The notes under the pieces: generated by a model
Told to the model about the DNA's origin: nothing
What the model saw: only the letters and a program-made list of their open reading frames with translations
The model's database searches: none
Position numbers and translations under genes: made by a program
Virus record (IMG/VR): IMGVR_UViG_3300042881_006586
Direction: 5' to 3' (one strand)
DNA from: a virus
Length of the DNA: 64,000 bases
Part shown: positions 36,328 to 46,023 of the stretch, piece by piece
Layout: the number at the start of each line of letters is the position of its first letter
Position numbering within the stretch: the first letter of the stretch is position 1

Positions 36328-38106
36328 ATGAATCAACAGATGACAAAGGCAGATATTCAAAAGGAATATATGATTGGAATGTTGAATCCTGCGTTTCTTA
36401 TTGAAAAATATATGAAGACTGTGGATTTAACAAGAGGTGGTTTTGTGCCTTTTAAATTGTTTCCTCGTCAAAAAGAACTTGTAGGCTGTTACGATAAGTA
36501 CCGACATAACATTGTTACAAAACCTCGACAGACAGGTATTTCTACTACTACTCAAGCATTTTTAGCAGTTAAAGCTGCATATGCTGATACAAAGAAACCT
36601 GAAATTATAATGATTATTGCAAATAAATTTTCTTCAGCTAAAAAATTTATAGCAGGTATCAGACTTTTTTTATCTCAATTGCCAAGATGGGTTTGGGGTG
36701 CTAATTATGACGATTCAAAAGAAACAGAAGGTCATATAAAAGGTAAAGGTTCTACAGAAACTTTAGAGTTAATGAATGGAACTATTATAAAAGCAGTAGC
36801 TACATCTCCCGATGCTCTGAGGGGTTGGACTCCTACATACTTAGTTATAGATGAGGCTGCATATGTAGAAACTTTTGCAAAGGAGTTATATACTGCTTCA
36901 ATGGCAGCTCTTATTACAGGGGGTAAAATGATAATCATTTCGACTCCTAATGGTAAAGATGAATTATATTATAAAACATATATGAGTGCCAAATCAGGTG
37001 AAAATGGATTTAATATAGTTCAATTGAAATGGTACGAAGACCCAAGATATAATAAGAACTTGGAATGGCAAAAGGATGATGAAAATGGTAAAACGGAAAT
37101 TGTAAAAGAAACTGAATATACATTTGCTTCATTTGAAAAAATGGAGAAAGCAGGGTATAAAGCTTATGCTCCTTGGTATAAGGAAATGTGTGCAATGTTG
37201 AACAATGATAAGTTATCTATTGCACGAGAATTAGATGTTAAATTTGAAGGTTCTGCAGGTACTGTAGTTGAACAAGAATGGATTGAATATCATGAAAGGT
37301 TTAATGTTCAAGAACCTATTGAAAAACATGAGATGGAAGATAGACTATGGTTGTTTGAATATCCAATAGAAGGACATGAATATATGATGGGAGTGGATGT
37401 TAGTAGTGGTAATGCTGATGACTATTCTGCTATTGTTATTATTGATACTGTTACAGGAAATCAAGCTTTAGAATTCAAAGGTAAAGTAAGACCTGAACAT
37501 CTTGCAGAAATTGTTTTCAAATGGGGTAATATGTTTTCCGCATTGACAATTATAGATACTACAGGGGGGTACGGTGATAACTGTATTTTAAAATTACAAG
37601 AATTTGAATATAAGCATTTATATTATTCCAAGGGAACTGTTGAATTTATGAAGAAAAAACCTGTATTGACTTATAATGATAATAAATTAGTTGCAGGTTA
37701 TAAAATAAGTTCAAAAAGACCTCAAATTATAGGAAAATTGACAAATGTAATTGAATCTAATGAATTCAAAATAAGGTCTAAAAGATTTACTGCAGAATTA
37801 GAAACTTTCATTTGGGTAAATGGAAGACCTGACCATACATCAGGGTTTAATGATGACTTAATATTTGCTGCAGCACTTGCACTTTGGGTATTGGAAACAG
37901 ATTTCAAGAGTTTAGAAAAAGCAACTCAATCAAGAAAAAGTATTTTGAATGTACTTGGTAATGGCGGAGTAAGAGTTAAAAGAGAAATTGTAAATGGTAA
38001 TAAACCAATTATCACTCCTTCAGATGTAAAAAATAGAAAAGATGGTAATTTTATTTATAAATCTGAACAAGACCCTACAGGTGAACATAGTTGGCTTTTC
38101 AGATAA
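36328..38106 (+). CDS. gp17: Terminase large subunit (T4 gp17-like)
   Basis: KPRQTGIST, LVIDEAA, ISTPNG, GVDVSSG..DYS, DDLIFA motifs. Confidence 0.95.
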   Translation: MNQQMTKADIQKEYMIGMLNPAFLIEKYMKTVDLTRGGFVPFKLFPRQKELVGCYDKYRHNIVTKPRQTGISTTTQAFLAVKAAYADTKKPEIIMIIANKFSSAKKFIAGIRLFLSQLPRWVWGANYDDSKETEGHIKGKGSTETLELMNGTIIKAVATSPDALRGWTPTYLVIDEAAYVETFAKELYTASMAALITGGKMIIISTPNGKDELYYKTYMSAKSGENGFNIVQLKWYEDPRYNKNLEWQKDDENGKTEIVKETEYTFASFEKMEKAGYKAYAPWYKEMCAMLNNDKLSIARELDVKFEGSAGTVVEQEWIEYHERFNVQEPIEKHEMEDRLWLFEYPIEGHEYMMGVDVSSGNADDYSAIVIIDTVTGNQALEFKGKVRPEHLAEIVFKWGNMFSALTIIDTTGGYGDNCILKLQEFEYKHLYYSKGTVEFMKKKPVLTYNDNKLVAGYKISSKRPQIIGKLTNVIESNEFKIRSKRFTAELETFIWVNGRPDHTSGFNDDLIFAAALALWVLETDFKSLEKATQSRKSILNVLGNGGVRVKREIVNGNKPIITPSDVKNRKDGNFIYKSEQDPTGEHSWLFR

Positions 38107-38133
38107 AAATAATATATTAATATAAAACAAATA

Positions 38134-40653
38134 ATGGAAGGGAATCAGCCTATAATAACAAAATATAAAAAGTTAACCCAAAGCTTTTTGAAGGATAATC
38201 CTTATGTTGATGATAAAGCAACAGCACAGAATCCTAATAAAACTATTTATACTACTAAGGATAAAAAGGATTATGAAACAAAGAAGCTTGAAAAGCAACA
38301 GACTAAATTTTTAAGTGGGCAATGGCAGAAAGTTAAAACTCATATTCAAGAGAAATCTTTGTTATATGAAACTCAGAGATATCCTGCGTACTTAGATTAT
38401 GACTTAATGGAATATTATCCAATTATAGGTCAAGCTTTAGATATTTTGATGGAAGAATGTACAACTGTAAATGCAGAAGGTAAGATTTTAAATATTTATT
38501 CTGAAAGTAAAAGAGTTCAAGATGAACTTAAAGAGTTGTTTTACAATAGGTTAAATATTCATACCGTACTTCCAATGTGGATACGAAATCTGCCTGTCCG
38601 AAAAAACAGTATGATACCCTTGTTAGATGGTTCAACAATTTCTATCGAAGAACTTTCACAAAAAGTGAAGTCAGGCGAAGAGATATGGACATATTCTGTA
38701 CAAGAAGGTACAAATGACATTGTTCCAAGTAAAATTGTTTGGTGCGACTTAACAAGAAAGAATTCTAAAATTTATAGAGTTACTTTTGATGATGGTACGT
38801 ATACTGATACCACACCTGACCATCAATATATGATGAGGAATGGTTCGTATAAAGCTGCAGAAAATTTAAATGTTGGTGATAGCTTAATGCCTTTTTACAC
38901 TAAGGAAGGAAGTAATAAAAGTCGATTAGTAAATAAAGCTGAAAGAGTATATAATCCTAAAACTAATGATTATAAGTTGACACATAGAATTCTTTCAGAA
39001 AATCTCTTAAATAGTGGATTAATTAAATTGAGAAAAGGTAGTTTATCTATTTCAAACGGAAAATTAGTAAATCACAAAGTAGTTTCTGTTGTTGAATTAG
39101 ATGAATTAGATGATGTATATTGCATGGAAGTGCTTGGCCCTAACGGTGAGCATGATAGGCATAATTTCGCTATTTGTTCAAGAGATGAGCATGGAAATTA
39201 TAGTAGGAATGGGGTTTTCGTGGCAAATTGTAAGTATGGTGATAATTTTGTTTATTTGCAGATTGACGATGAAATGGGCATTGTAGGAACAAGACAATTG
39301 GCTAATATTGAAGTTGAAAGAGTTGAAGGGACTACAAATGCAAGAAATAAAGCTACATTAAAAAATCATGAGGATGAAGTAATTTTCCGTTGGAAATCAA
39401 CAGATATTGCTGAGTTCAAATATTGGCAGATTGCACATTTCAGGCTTCTTATAGATGATAGAAGACTTCCTTATGGAGTTTCTGTTTTAGAAAAGGCAAG
39501 AAGAATATGGAAAAACTTGCTTCTTGTGGAAGATGCTATGAGAACTATAAGACTTTTGAGAGCAATTGATAGAAGAGTTTATTATATAAATGTAGGTAAT
39601 ATTGACCCTAATGATGTTCAAGCTTATATTGAGGATATTGCAAGTAGATTTAAGCGTAAAAGACATATTGATGAATATACAGGTCAAGAGGATTTGAAAT
39701 ATAACGTAATGGGGTATGACCAAGATTATTTCATTCCTATAAGAGATGCAAATGAAGGTACAAAAATTGATACGTTGGCAGGTGCATCCAATATTGACCA
39801 AATTGCGGATATTGAATACGATTTGAATCAATTATTTGCTGCTCTTGGTATTCCTAAACCATTTTTGCAATATGATGCTGCTGCAGGTGAAGGAAAGAAT
39901 TTAGCTATGGCGGATGTTCGTTTCGCAAGAAAAATAAATCGTATTCAGCAAGCAGCTCTTCAAGAATTAAATAAAATAGCAATGGTTCATTTGACACTTT
40001 TAGGGTTAGATGATGAATTGCATAATTTTGAATTGTCTTTGAATAATCCTTCAGTTCAAGCTGAGGTGATGAGAACCGAGCAATTTGCAGCCAAAATAAA
40101 TTCTTTCAAAGATGCAGTTGCAGATGCAGGAAAAGGTATTTCTGCTTTATCTGTAACTATGGCTATGAAAAGAATATTAGGTATGACTGATGATGAAATT
40201 AAATTGAATCTTGAACAGCAATTTATGGAATCTGTAGCAGCTGAAGAAATGAAAACTGCTGCAACAAAGGTCAAATCTTCAACCCTTTTTGATGGCATAT
40301 TAAAATTATATGGAATAGAAGCTACAGGCGATGCCCCTGCTGCTCCAACAGGAGAAACTGTAAGCTCTGACATGGGCGGTGGTGGTGGTGGAGGCAACTT
40401 CACTCCAACAGGAGCTTTGGAGATGGGTGGTGGAGGAGCTGATATGGGCGGAGGAGCTGAAGCAACAGCACCTGAAGCAACAGCACCTGAAGCAACAGCA
40501 CCTGAAGCAACAGCACCTGAAGCACCCCCTGCGGAAGAAGCTACACCTGAACCTACAGCAGAATCTTTTATAAACAATAAGAAAGACAAATTAATCATGG
40601 AGAGTGATGATGAATTGGAAAGAATTTTAGAAATAATGAAAAAAATGAAATAA
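38134..40653 (+). CDS. gp20: Portal protein (T4 gp20-like) with mini-intein
   Basis: SVLEKARRIW..L...EDA...R..RA..RRVYYI.VG, QDYFIP, IDTLAGA, D.RFAR.I.R.Q motifs. Confidence 0.95.
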   Translation: MEGNQPIITKYKKLTQSFLKDNPYVDDKATAQNPNKTIYTTKDKKDYETKKLEKQQTKFLSGQWQKVKTHIQEKSLLYETQRYPAYLDYDLMEYYPIIGQALDILMEECTTVNAEGKILNIYSESKRVQDELKELFYNRLNIHTVLPMWIRNLPVRKNSMIPLLDGSTISIEELSQKVKSGEEIWTYSVQEGTNDIVPSKIVWCDLTRKNSKIYRVTFDDGTYTDTTPDHQYMMRNGSYKAAENLNVGDSLMPFYTKEGSNKSRLVNKAERVYNPKTNDYKLTHRILSENLLNSGLIKLRKGSLSISNGKLVNHKVVSVVELDELDDVYCMEVLGPNGEHDRHNFAICSRDEHGNYSRNGVFVANCKYGDNFVYLQIDDEMGIVGTRQLANIEVERVEGTTNARNKATLKNHEDEVIFRWKSTDIAEFKYWQIAHFRLLIDDRRLPYGVSVLEKARRIWKNLLLVEDAMRTIRLLRAIDRRVYYINVGNIDPNDVQAYIEDIASRFKRKRHIDEYTGQEDLKYNVMGYDQDYFIPIRDANEGTKIDTLAGASNIDQIADIEYDLNQLFAALGIPKPFLQYDAAAGEGKNLAMADVRFARKINRIQQAALQELNKIAMVHLTLLGLDDELHNFELSLNNPSVQAEVMRTEQFAAKINSFKDAVADAGKGISALSVTMAMKRILGMTDDEIKLNLEQQFMESVAAEEMKTAATKVKSSTLFDGILKLYGIEATGDAPAAPTGETVSSDMGGGGGGGNFTPTGALEMGGGGADMGGGAEATAPEATAPEATAPEATAPEAPPAEEATPEPTAESFINNKKDKLIMESDDELERILEIMKKMK
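38593..39228 (+). mobile_element. 212-aa mini-intein starting with Pro (class-3-like)
   Basis: WIRNL|PVRKNSMIPLLDG...TTPDH...VYCMEV...HNF...NGVFVAN|CKYGD; only an endonuclease remnant remains. Confidence 0.85.
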
Positions 40654-40679
40654 AACAGATATTTATAATAAAAAATAAG

Positions 40680-41372
40680 ATGAAAAATTACGCACTCATA
40701 GTTCAAGGGTTTGAATCAATTTTGAAAGAGTCATATGAAAAAAATGACAAAAAAACCACTTCAACTATTCTTAATGAAATAAAATCCAATAAAGAATTGT
40801 ATACGCTTTATGCTATTGTAGATAATTTGAAAAGGGGTAAAGTTACAGAAGAAAATGTTGATAATTTCATAAATGAAAATATTGAATTTGCAAAGGAAAT
40901 AAATTATTCTAAAATAAAATTCCCTTTCAATAATCCTATTAAATCTGATGAAGAAATTTACAATAGTATTGGAAAGATTTTATTTGAAGAAAAAAATCCT
41001 TTCAATTTAATGGAATATAACGAAGCGTATGCTAATGTCCGTAATAATCTTTTAGAATCCAATATCAGTCTAAAAAATCTCAAAGAAACTGTTCAAAAAT
41101 TAAGTGAAAGTTTTGAGGTTTTAGAGGATGCTGATAAGATTCTTGTAGAAGGATTTGTATCTACTCCAAAAAATGAAAGAAGTATGTTATTTGAAACTGC
41201 AAAAAGCACTTGCATTACTTTGATTAATAAACATATTTCAAACTGTGAAGATGATAGTTCAAAGATAAAAATGTATGAAACGAAAGATGTTGTTTTTTCA
41301 ATGAATTATAATGAAAATAATTTTATCAATGATATGATAAGACTTCATGATTTCAACAAACAGTTAGTATAA
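40680..41372 (+). CDS. Hypothetical head-module protein
   Basis: Follows portal; own late motif; several (L/I)xE sites. Confidence 0.7.
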   Translation: MKNYALIVQGFESILKESYEKNDKKTTSTILNEIKSNKELYTLYAIVDNLKRGKVTEENVDNFINENIEFAKEINYSKIKFPFNNPIKSDEEIYNSIGKILFEEKNPFNLMEYNEAYANVRNNLLESNISLKNLKETVQKLSESFEVLEDADKILVEGFVSTPKNERSMLFETAKSTCITLINKHISNCEDDSSKIKMYETKDVVFSMNYNENNFINDMIRLHDFNKQLV

Positions 41373-41383
41373 ATATAAAAAAA

Positions 41384-42226
41384 ATGGTAGGTGTAATTAC
41401 AAGCAGTACAAGTGGATTTCATAAGAATATTTTATTTAATCTTTTGACTGAATTAGGTTATGTAGATATTGTGGATTTTCAAAAGAGAAATGGATTGACT
41501 GCTGATGGATTATTTGGGATGATGTCTTATAATAAACTTTATAGTATTCTTTTGAAAGTTGAAAATATTAATTTTGAAGGACATTATATTAAAACAGTAC
41601 ATCCTAAAAACCAAATTATTTGGCATCATAGTGCAGGGTGGGACAATGCAAGAGGAATGTTTCAGTGGTGGATGAATGATAAAGTTTTTCATGTTGCCAC
41701 TGCAATTGGAATTTCAGACGATGGTACAGTTTCAAAAGGATTTGATGAATCTTTTTGGGCAGCTTCTATTGGTTGTACATCTGATATTTTTATCAAGAAT
41801 GGAGTTCCTTTAAAATATGTAAATGGAAGAGTTGCAAACAATGTTGAATTAGACCAAGCTGCAGTTGCAGTTGAAGTTTGTAATTGGGGTTCTTTAACAT
41901 TCAAAGATGGCAAATATTATTCATGGGCAAATGCAGTTGTTCCTGCAGAAAAGGCTATTGAATTAAATTACAAATATGTCAAATTTTACGAAACCTATAC
42001 TGATGCTGAAATTAAAGCTTTGAAATATTGGACTTTATTAAATGCTTTAAGATTTCAAATACCTGTAGATTACAGTTATGATGATTTCTTCAAAGTGAGC
42101 AAAAAAGCTCTTTCAGGTCAGAAAGGAGTATTCACTCATAATTCATATCGTTCAGATAAAAGTGATGTAAGTCCTCAGCCTAAATTAATTAAAATGGCTG
42201 AATCAATGATTGAATATACAAAATAA
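41384..42226 (+). CDS. N-acetylmuramoyl-L-alanine amidase endolysin with PG-binding domain
   Basis: FQKRNGLTADGLFG; IIWHHSAG, VAVEVCNWG, THNSYRSDKSD motifs. Confidence 0.85.
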   Translation: MVGVITSSTSGFHKNILFNLLTELGYVDIVDFQKRNGLTADGLFGMMSYNKLYSILLKVENINFEGHYIKTVHPKNQIIWHHSAGWDNARGMFQWWMNDKVFHVATAIGISDDGTVSKGFDESFWAASIGCTSDIFIKNGVPLKYVNGRVANNVELDQAAVAVEVCNWGSLTFKDGKYYSWANAVVPAEKAIELNYKYVKFYETYTDAEIKALKYWTLLNALRFQIPVDYSYDDFFKVSKKALSGQKGVFTHNSYRSDKSDVSPQPKLIKMAESMIEYTK

Positions 42227-42267
42227 TTTTGGATAATACAAATTTTATTATATATTAATAAAAAAAA

Positions 42268-42621
42268 ATGTTATTCAGAAATATTACCGAAATATCAGAA
42301 GATTGTTACAATTTAAAATTAGAAGCTTGGTTAACTCCAAAAGATAATTTAGAAAGAGATTATAAGTCAATTGTTAAACGGATTGAAAAAGATTTAAAAC
42401 AATTGACTTTTCAATTGAAATCGGGATTAAGTATTGATGAATACATTATAGATTTAGATTTGAGAGTATCAGGAATAAGTTATGGCAAAAAATCTTATAT
42501 GAAATGTTACATAACTTTAATGAAAAAAGAAAAAGATATTGATACTGAATCATATTTAAATTATTTAAATAACTATTTTGATTCAAATGAGATTTTTGAA
42601 ATGTCTCAGGATAAACGGTAA
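42268..42621 (+). CDS. Hypothetical protein
   Basis: ORF with IIDLDLR.SGI.YGKKS motif. Confidence 0.7.
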   Translation: MLFRNITEISEDCYNLKLEAWLTPKDNLERDYKSIVKRIEKDLKQLTFQLKSGLSIDEYIIDLDLRVSGISYGKKSYMKCYITLMKKEKDIDTESYLNYLNNYFDSNEIFEMSQDKR

Positions 42622-42700
42622 ATAAAGGAGCAATAAGTATTACAACTTGTAATATTTATTGTTTTTTTATTTTATTAGATATTTATTATTAAAATAGTTA

Positions 42701-44557
42701 ATGAAACCACTTTCTAAAGGTAAGACAGGTTATGGTCTTTTAATTGAATATGATGCAGGCTTTATTAGCCCAAGTGATAATACTCATTTTCTTAGGGAAA
42801 TGAAAGAAGGTTCTGAAAAAGGAATTGTTCGCACTAAGTTATATGGAGTTATGCAAAAATACGGAGTTGAAAATAAAAACGGTCGTATTTATCCTGAAGC
42901 ATTGCTTAAAAGGGAAGCTGATAATTATATGAAATTAGTTGAAATGGGTGCATCAGCAGGTCATACTGACCATCCTGATTGCTATAGTGAAGGAGCTGAA
43001 ATTTTAACAACTGAAGGTTGGAAATTTTTTAAAGATTTAAAAGGAAATGAATCTGTTTATACGTTAAAATTAGATGGTTCGATTTCTGTTGAAAAAATTA
43101 ATAAAAAAATAGTTCAACCTTATAAAGGAAAAATGATTCGTCTAAAGGGGTTGAATATTGATTGTGAAGTTACACCTAATCATAAATTTCCTGTATACGA
43201 TAGAAAAAGAAATCAAAAATTTATCACTGCACAAGAAATTTTTGATGGAACAATAACTGATATGTCTAAACATTTTATACCTAAAAGGGCAAGAAATTTT
43301 GAATTAGGTAAAAATGGAGTCTTTACAATTTCTAAAATTAAAAATTTTCATTCGAGAGTTTCTAAAGTATTTTATAAAAAGCAATTTAAAGATTTAGTTT
43401 TAGACGAGGTTTTATTTGCTTCGTTTATGGGTATTTATTTAGCTGAAGGTTGTTGTTCAACATCAAAAAATTCGTATAAAATATCTATATATCAAAATAA
43501 ACTTGATAATGTAGAAAAAATAGATAATCTATTAAAATCTTTAAATTTTCACTATCATAAACGTGAAAGAAAAATTGGAGGTTTTGTTTTTGAAATTATT
43601 GATGCAAGATTATATAATTTTTTAAAACCTTTAGGTGTTGCAAAAAATAAATATATTCCTGAAGAAATAAAAAATATGTCTTTTGAAGCTTTAAATGCTT
43701 TATTTGAATGGTTTCATTTGGGTGATGGTAGAATAAGAAATGGTAAACAAAAATCTATTTTTTCAACTTCAAAAAGATTAATGGAAGATTTTCAAGAAGT
43801 CTTATTGAAAATTGGAAAATCAGGTAATATTACTATAGATAAAAGAACTGAAAAAGATAGATTAATTAATGAGAATGGTAATGTGCGTGTAATTAAAGCA
43901 TGTAATTCAAATGATATTTATAATTTAAATATATCTAACTGTAATGGCATTTTTCTAAACAAAGATTTTCTAAACGTTGAAGAATTCGATTATGAAGGTA
44001 ATGTTTATTGTGTAAATGTTCCAAATCATACTTTTTTTGCAAGACAAAATGGAAAAACTCATTGGTCAGGAAATAGTGCAATTATTTCAATTAAAGAGGT
44101 TTCAATGAGAGTAACAAATCTTTGGTGGGAAGGAAGAAACTTGATGGGTGAAATTTATTTGCCAATAACCAAAGGATATATCGAAACAGGTGTGATTTCT
44201 CATCCTGCGGATAAAGTTGCTCATGACATTATGCATGGTTTCCAATATGGAGTTTCAAGTCGTGGTGTAGGCAGTTTAGAATCAAAAGGAGGAAAGAATA
44301 TTGTTCAAGATGATTTTGAATTGATTTGTTGGGACTTTGTTACCACTCCAAGTACAAATGGTTCTTGGGTATTCTCAGATAAAAGTAAAGCAGAACCTTT
44401 TAAAGAAAGTTTAGATGTAAAAGGTTATGATGTTGAAGCAGATTTTAATAAACATAAAAAGAATGGAGATATGTGGGATTATATGTTAAAGGGTAGAAGT
44501 CCACAAAAAGTCGATAAAATAAACAATGTATTCAATAGTTTTCTTGATAAATTTTAG
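42701..44557 (+). CDS. gp21: Prohead core protease (T4 gp21-like) with LAGLIDADG intein
   Basis: NKNGRIYP, DHP, GVSSRGVGS, DFELICWDFV..PS motifs. Confidence 0.95.
   Translation: MKPLSKGKTGYGLLIEYDAGFISPSDNTHFLREMKEGSEKGIVRTKLYGVMQKYGVENKNGRIYPEALLKREADNYMKLVEMGASAGHTDHPDCYSEGAEILTTEGWKFFKDLKGNESVYTLKLDGSISVEKINKKIVQPYKGKMIRLKGLNIDCEVTPNHKFPVYDRKRNQKFITAQEIFDGTITDMSKHFIPKRARNFELGKNGVFTISKIKNFHSRVSKVFYKKQFKDLVLDEVLFASFMGIYLAEGCCSTSKNSYKISIYQNKLDNVEKIDNLLKSLNFHYHKRERKIGGFVFEIIDARLYNFLKPLGVAKNKYIPEEIKNMSFEALNALFEWFHLGDGRIRNGKQKSIFSTSKRLMEDFQEVLLKIGKSGNITIDKRTEKDRLINENGNVRVIKACNSNDIYNLNISNCNGIFLNKDFLNVEEFDYEGNVYCVNVPNHTFFARQNGKTHWSGNSAIISIKEVSMRVTNLWWEGRNLMGEIYLPITKGYIETGVISHPADKVAHDIMHGFQYGVSSRGVGSLESKGGKNIVQDDFELICWDFVTTPSTNGSWVFSDKSKAEPFKESLDVKGYDVEADFNKHKKNGDMWDYMLKGRSPQKVDKINNVFNSFLDKF
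42980..44074 (+). mobile_element. 365-aa intein with LAGLIDADG homing endonuclease
   Basis: DHPD|CYSEGAEILTTEGWK...VTPNH...GIYLAEG...HLGDG...VYCVNVPNH...WSGN|S. Confidence 0.92.
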
Positions 44558-44586
44558 AAAATTAGGATTTTTTCAAAATAACAAAA

Positions 44587-44594
44587 TATTTATA
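44587..44594 (+). promoter_or_regulatory. TATTTATA putative late promoter (scaffold-capsid operon)
   Basis: 16 nt upstream of the ATG. Confidence 0.75.
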
Positions 44595-44610
44595 AATAAA
44601 ACAAAAAGCA

Positions 44611-45987
44611 ATGTCAAAAAATTTATTAGAAGAATTGCTAATTCAAGCAAGCACGTTAAATGAGGTAACTGAAAAACGTGTTAATAATAATCAAAAAATA
44701 GTAATCGAAAATACTATGGCTTCTGCTGTTCGTAACTTTATTCAAGAAGCGGTAGGAGAAGAGGAAATTAATACTGCAGTTAATCCGCAAGAGCAAGGAA
44801 TGAGTCCTAAAGAAGCTGCTGAAGCTGCTAAATTGATGAAAGAAATGGAAAAACTTTATTCTGAAGAAGAAGTCGATGCTGAAACAGGTGAACCTTTAGC
44901 TTCTGATGAGGAAGACGAAGAGGAAGAAGAAGAGGAAGAAGACTATTCGGATGAAGATGAGGAAGAAGACTATTCGGATGAAGATGAGGAAGATGAAGAT
45001 TATTCTGAAGAAGATGAAGATATGTATGGTAGTGAATACACAGCGGATGAAGATGAAGAAGATGAAGATTATTCTGAAGAAGATGAAGATATGTATGGTA
45101 GTGAATACACAGCGGATGAAGATGAAGAAGAAGTCACGGATATGACTAATGCAGAAATCAATGATGTAATGGAGTTCATTGAGAATTCGGCTGAAGATGT
45201 GGTTATTCAGGTGGTAAAACACCCAACATACAATGTTAAGGTTTCAGGTGGCTCAAAAGGAATGTCAAAAGGCATGGGTTCATCTATGGAAGATGAAGAT
45301 GTAGAACTTGAAATTGACGAAACTGTACTTATGGAAATGATGAAAGGGTTGAAAGCTGAAATGAGAGGTAAAAATCCTATGAAACATGGAAGAGGCATGA
45401 AGCAAGAGGAAATTAAGGATATATATGAAGATGAAGATATTACTCTTGAAATCGAATTAGATGAAATGGAAGGTATGGAAGGTTTAGATGAGATGGAATT
45501 AGAACCGAGTCAAATGACAGACCCTAAAACAGGTAAAACATACGAATTAAAAGCTGTTGCCGAAAATCGTAGACTTAAAAACCGACTAAACCAATTGATT
45601 GCTGAGAACAAAAAATTGAAAATTAATGAAACAAAATCAATTGCAGCATTAAAATCAATGATTGAACAAACCAAACAAGTTGCTTTAGTAAACAGTAATC
45701 TTGCATATGTTTCAAGACTTTTCACTGAACATTCAACTACAAAACAAGAAAAAATTGCCATTTTGAAAGAATTTGATTCTGCTAAAACTTTAAAAGAATC
45801 TGAAATGACTTTCAAAATACTGACTGAATCTTTGGGTAAAAGAACTCAAAAGAAAACTTTAAATGTAAACATTAATGAAGCTGTAGATTTTAACAAACAG
45901 AAAGTTGTAAAAGAAGAAAAAGCTTATGTCAATGACCCTGAGCAAGCGCAGATTTTACGATTGATGAATTATAAATCTACCCTTTAA
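44611..45987 (+). CDS. Prohead scaffold/core protein (T4 gp22 position)
   Basis: Between protease and capsid; highly acidic with 69-bp duplication, C-terminal coiled coil, many LxE sites. Confidence 0.8.
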   Translation: MSKNLLEELLIQASTLNEVTEKRVNNNQKIVIENTMASAVRNFIQEAVGEEEINTAVNPQEQGMSPKEAAEAAKLMKEMEKLYSEEEVDAETGEPLASDEEDEEEEEEEEDYSDEDEEEDYSDEDEEDEDYSEEDEDMYGSEYTADEDEEDEDYSEEDEDMYGSEYTADEDEEEVTDMTNAEINDVMEFIENSAEDVVIQVVKHPTYNVKVSGGSKGMSKGMGSSMEDEDVELEIDETVLMEMMKGLKAEMRGKNPMKHGRGMKQEEIKDIYEDEDITLEIELDEMEGMEGLDEMELEPSQMTDPKTGKTYELKAVAENRRLKNRLNQLIAENKKLKINETKSIAALKSMIEQTKQVALVNSNLAYVSRLFTEHSTTKQEKIAILKEFDSAKTLKESEMTFKILTESLGKRTQKKTLNVNINEAVDFNKQKVVKEEKAYVNDPEQAQILRLMNYKSTL

Positions 45988-46023
45988 AAAAAACACGTAA
46001 ACAAAAAATTAAAATAATCAAAA

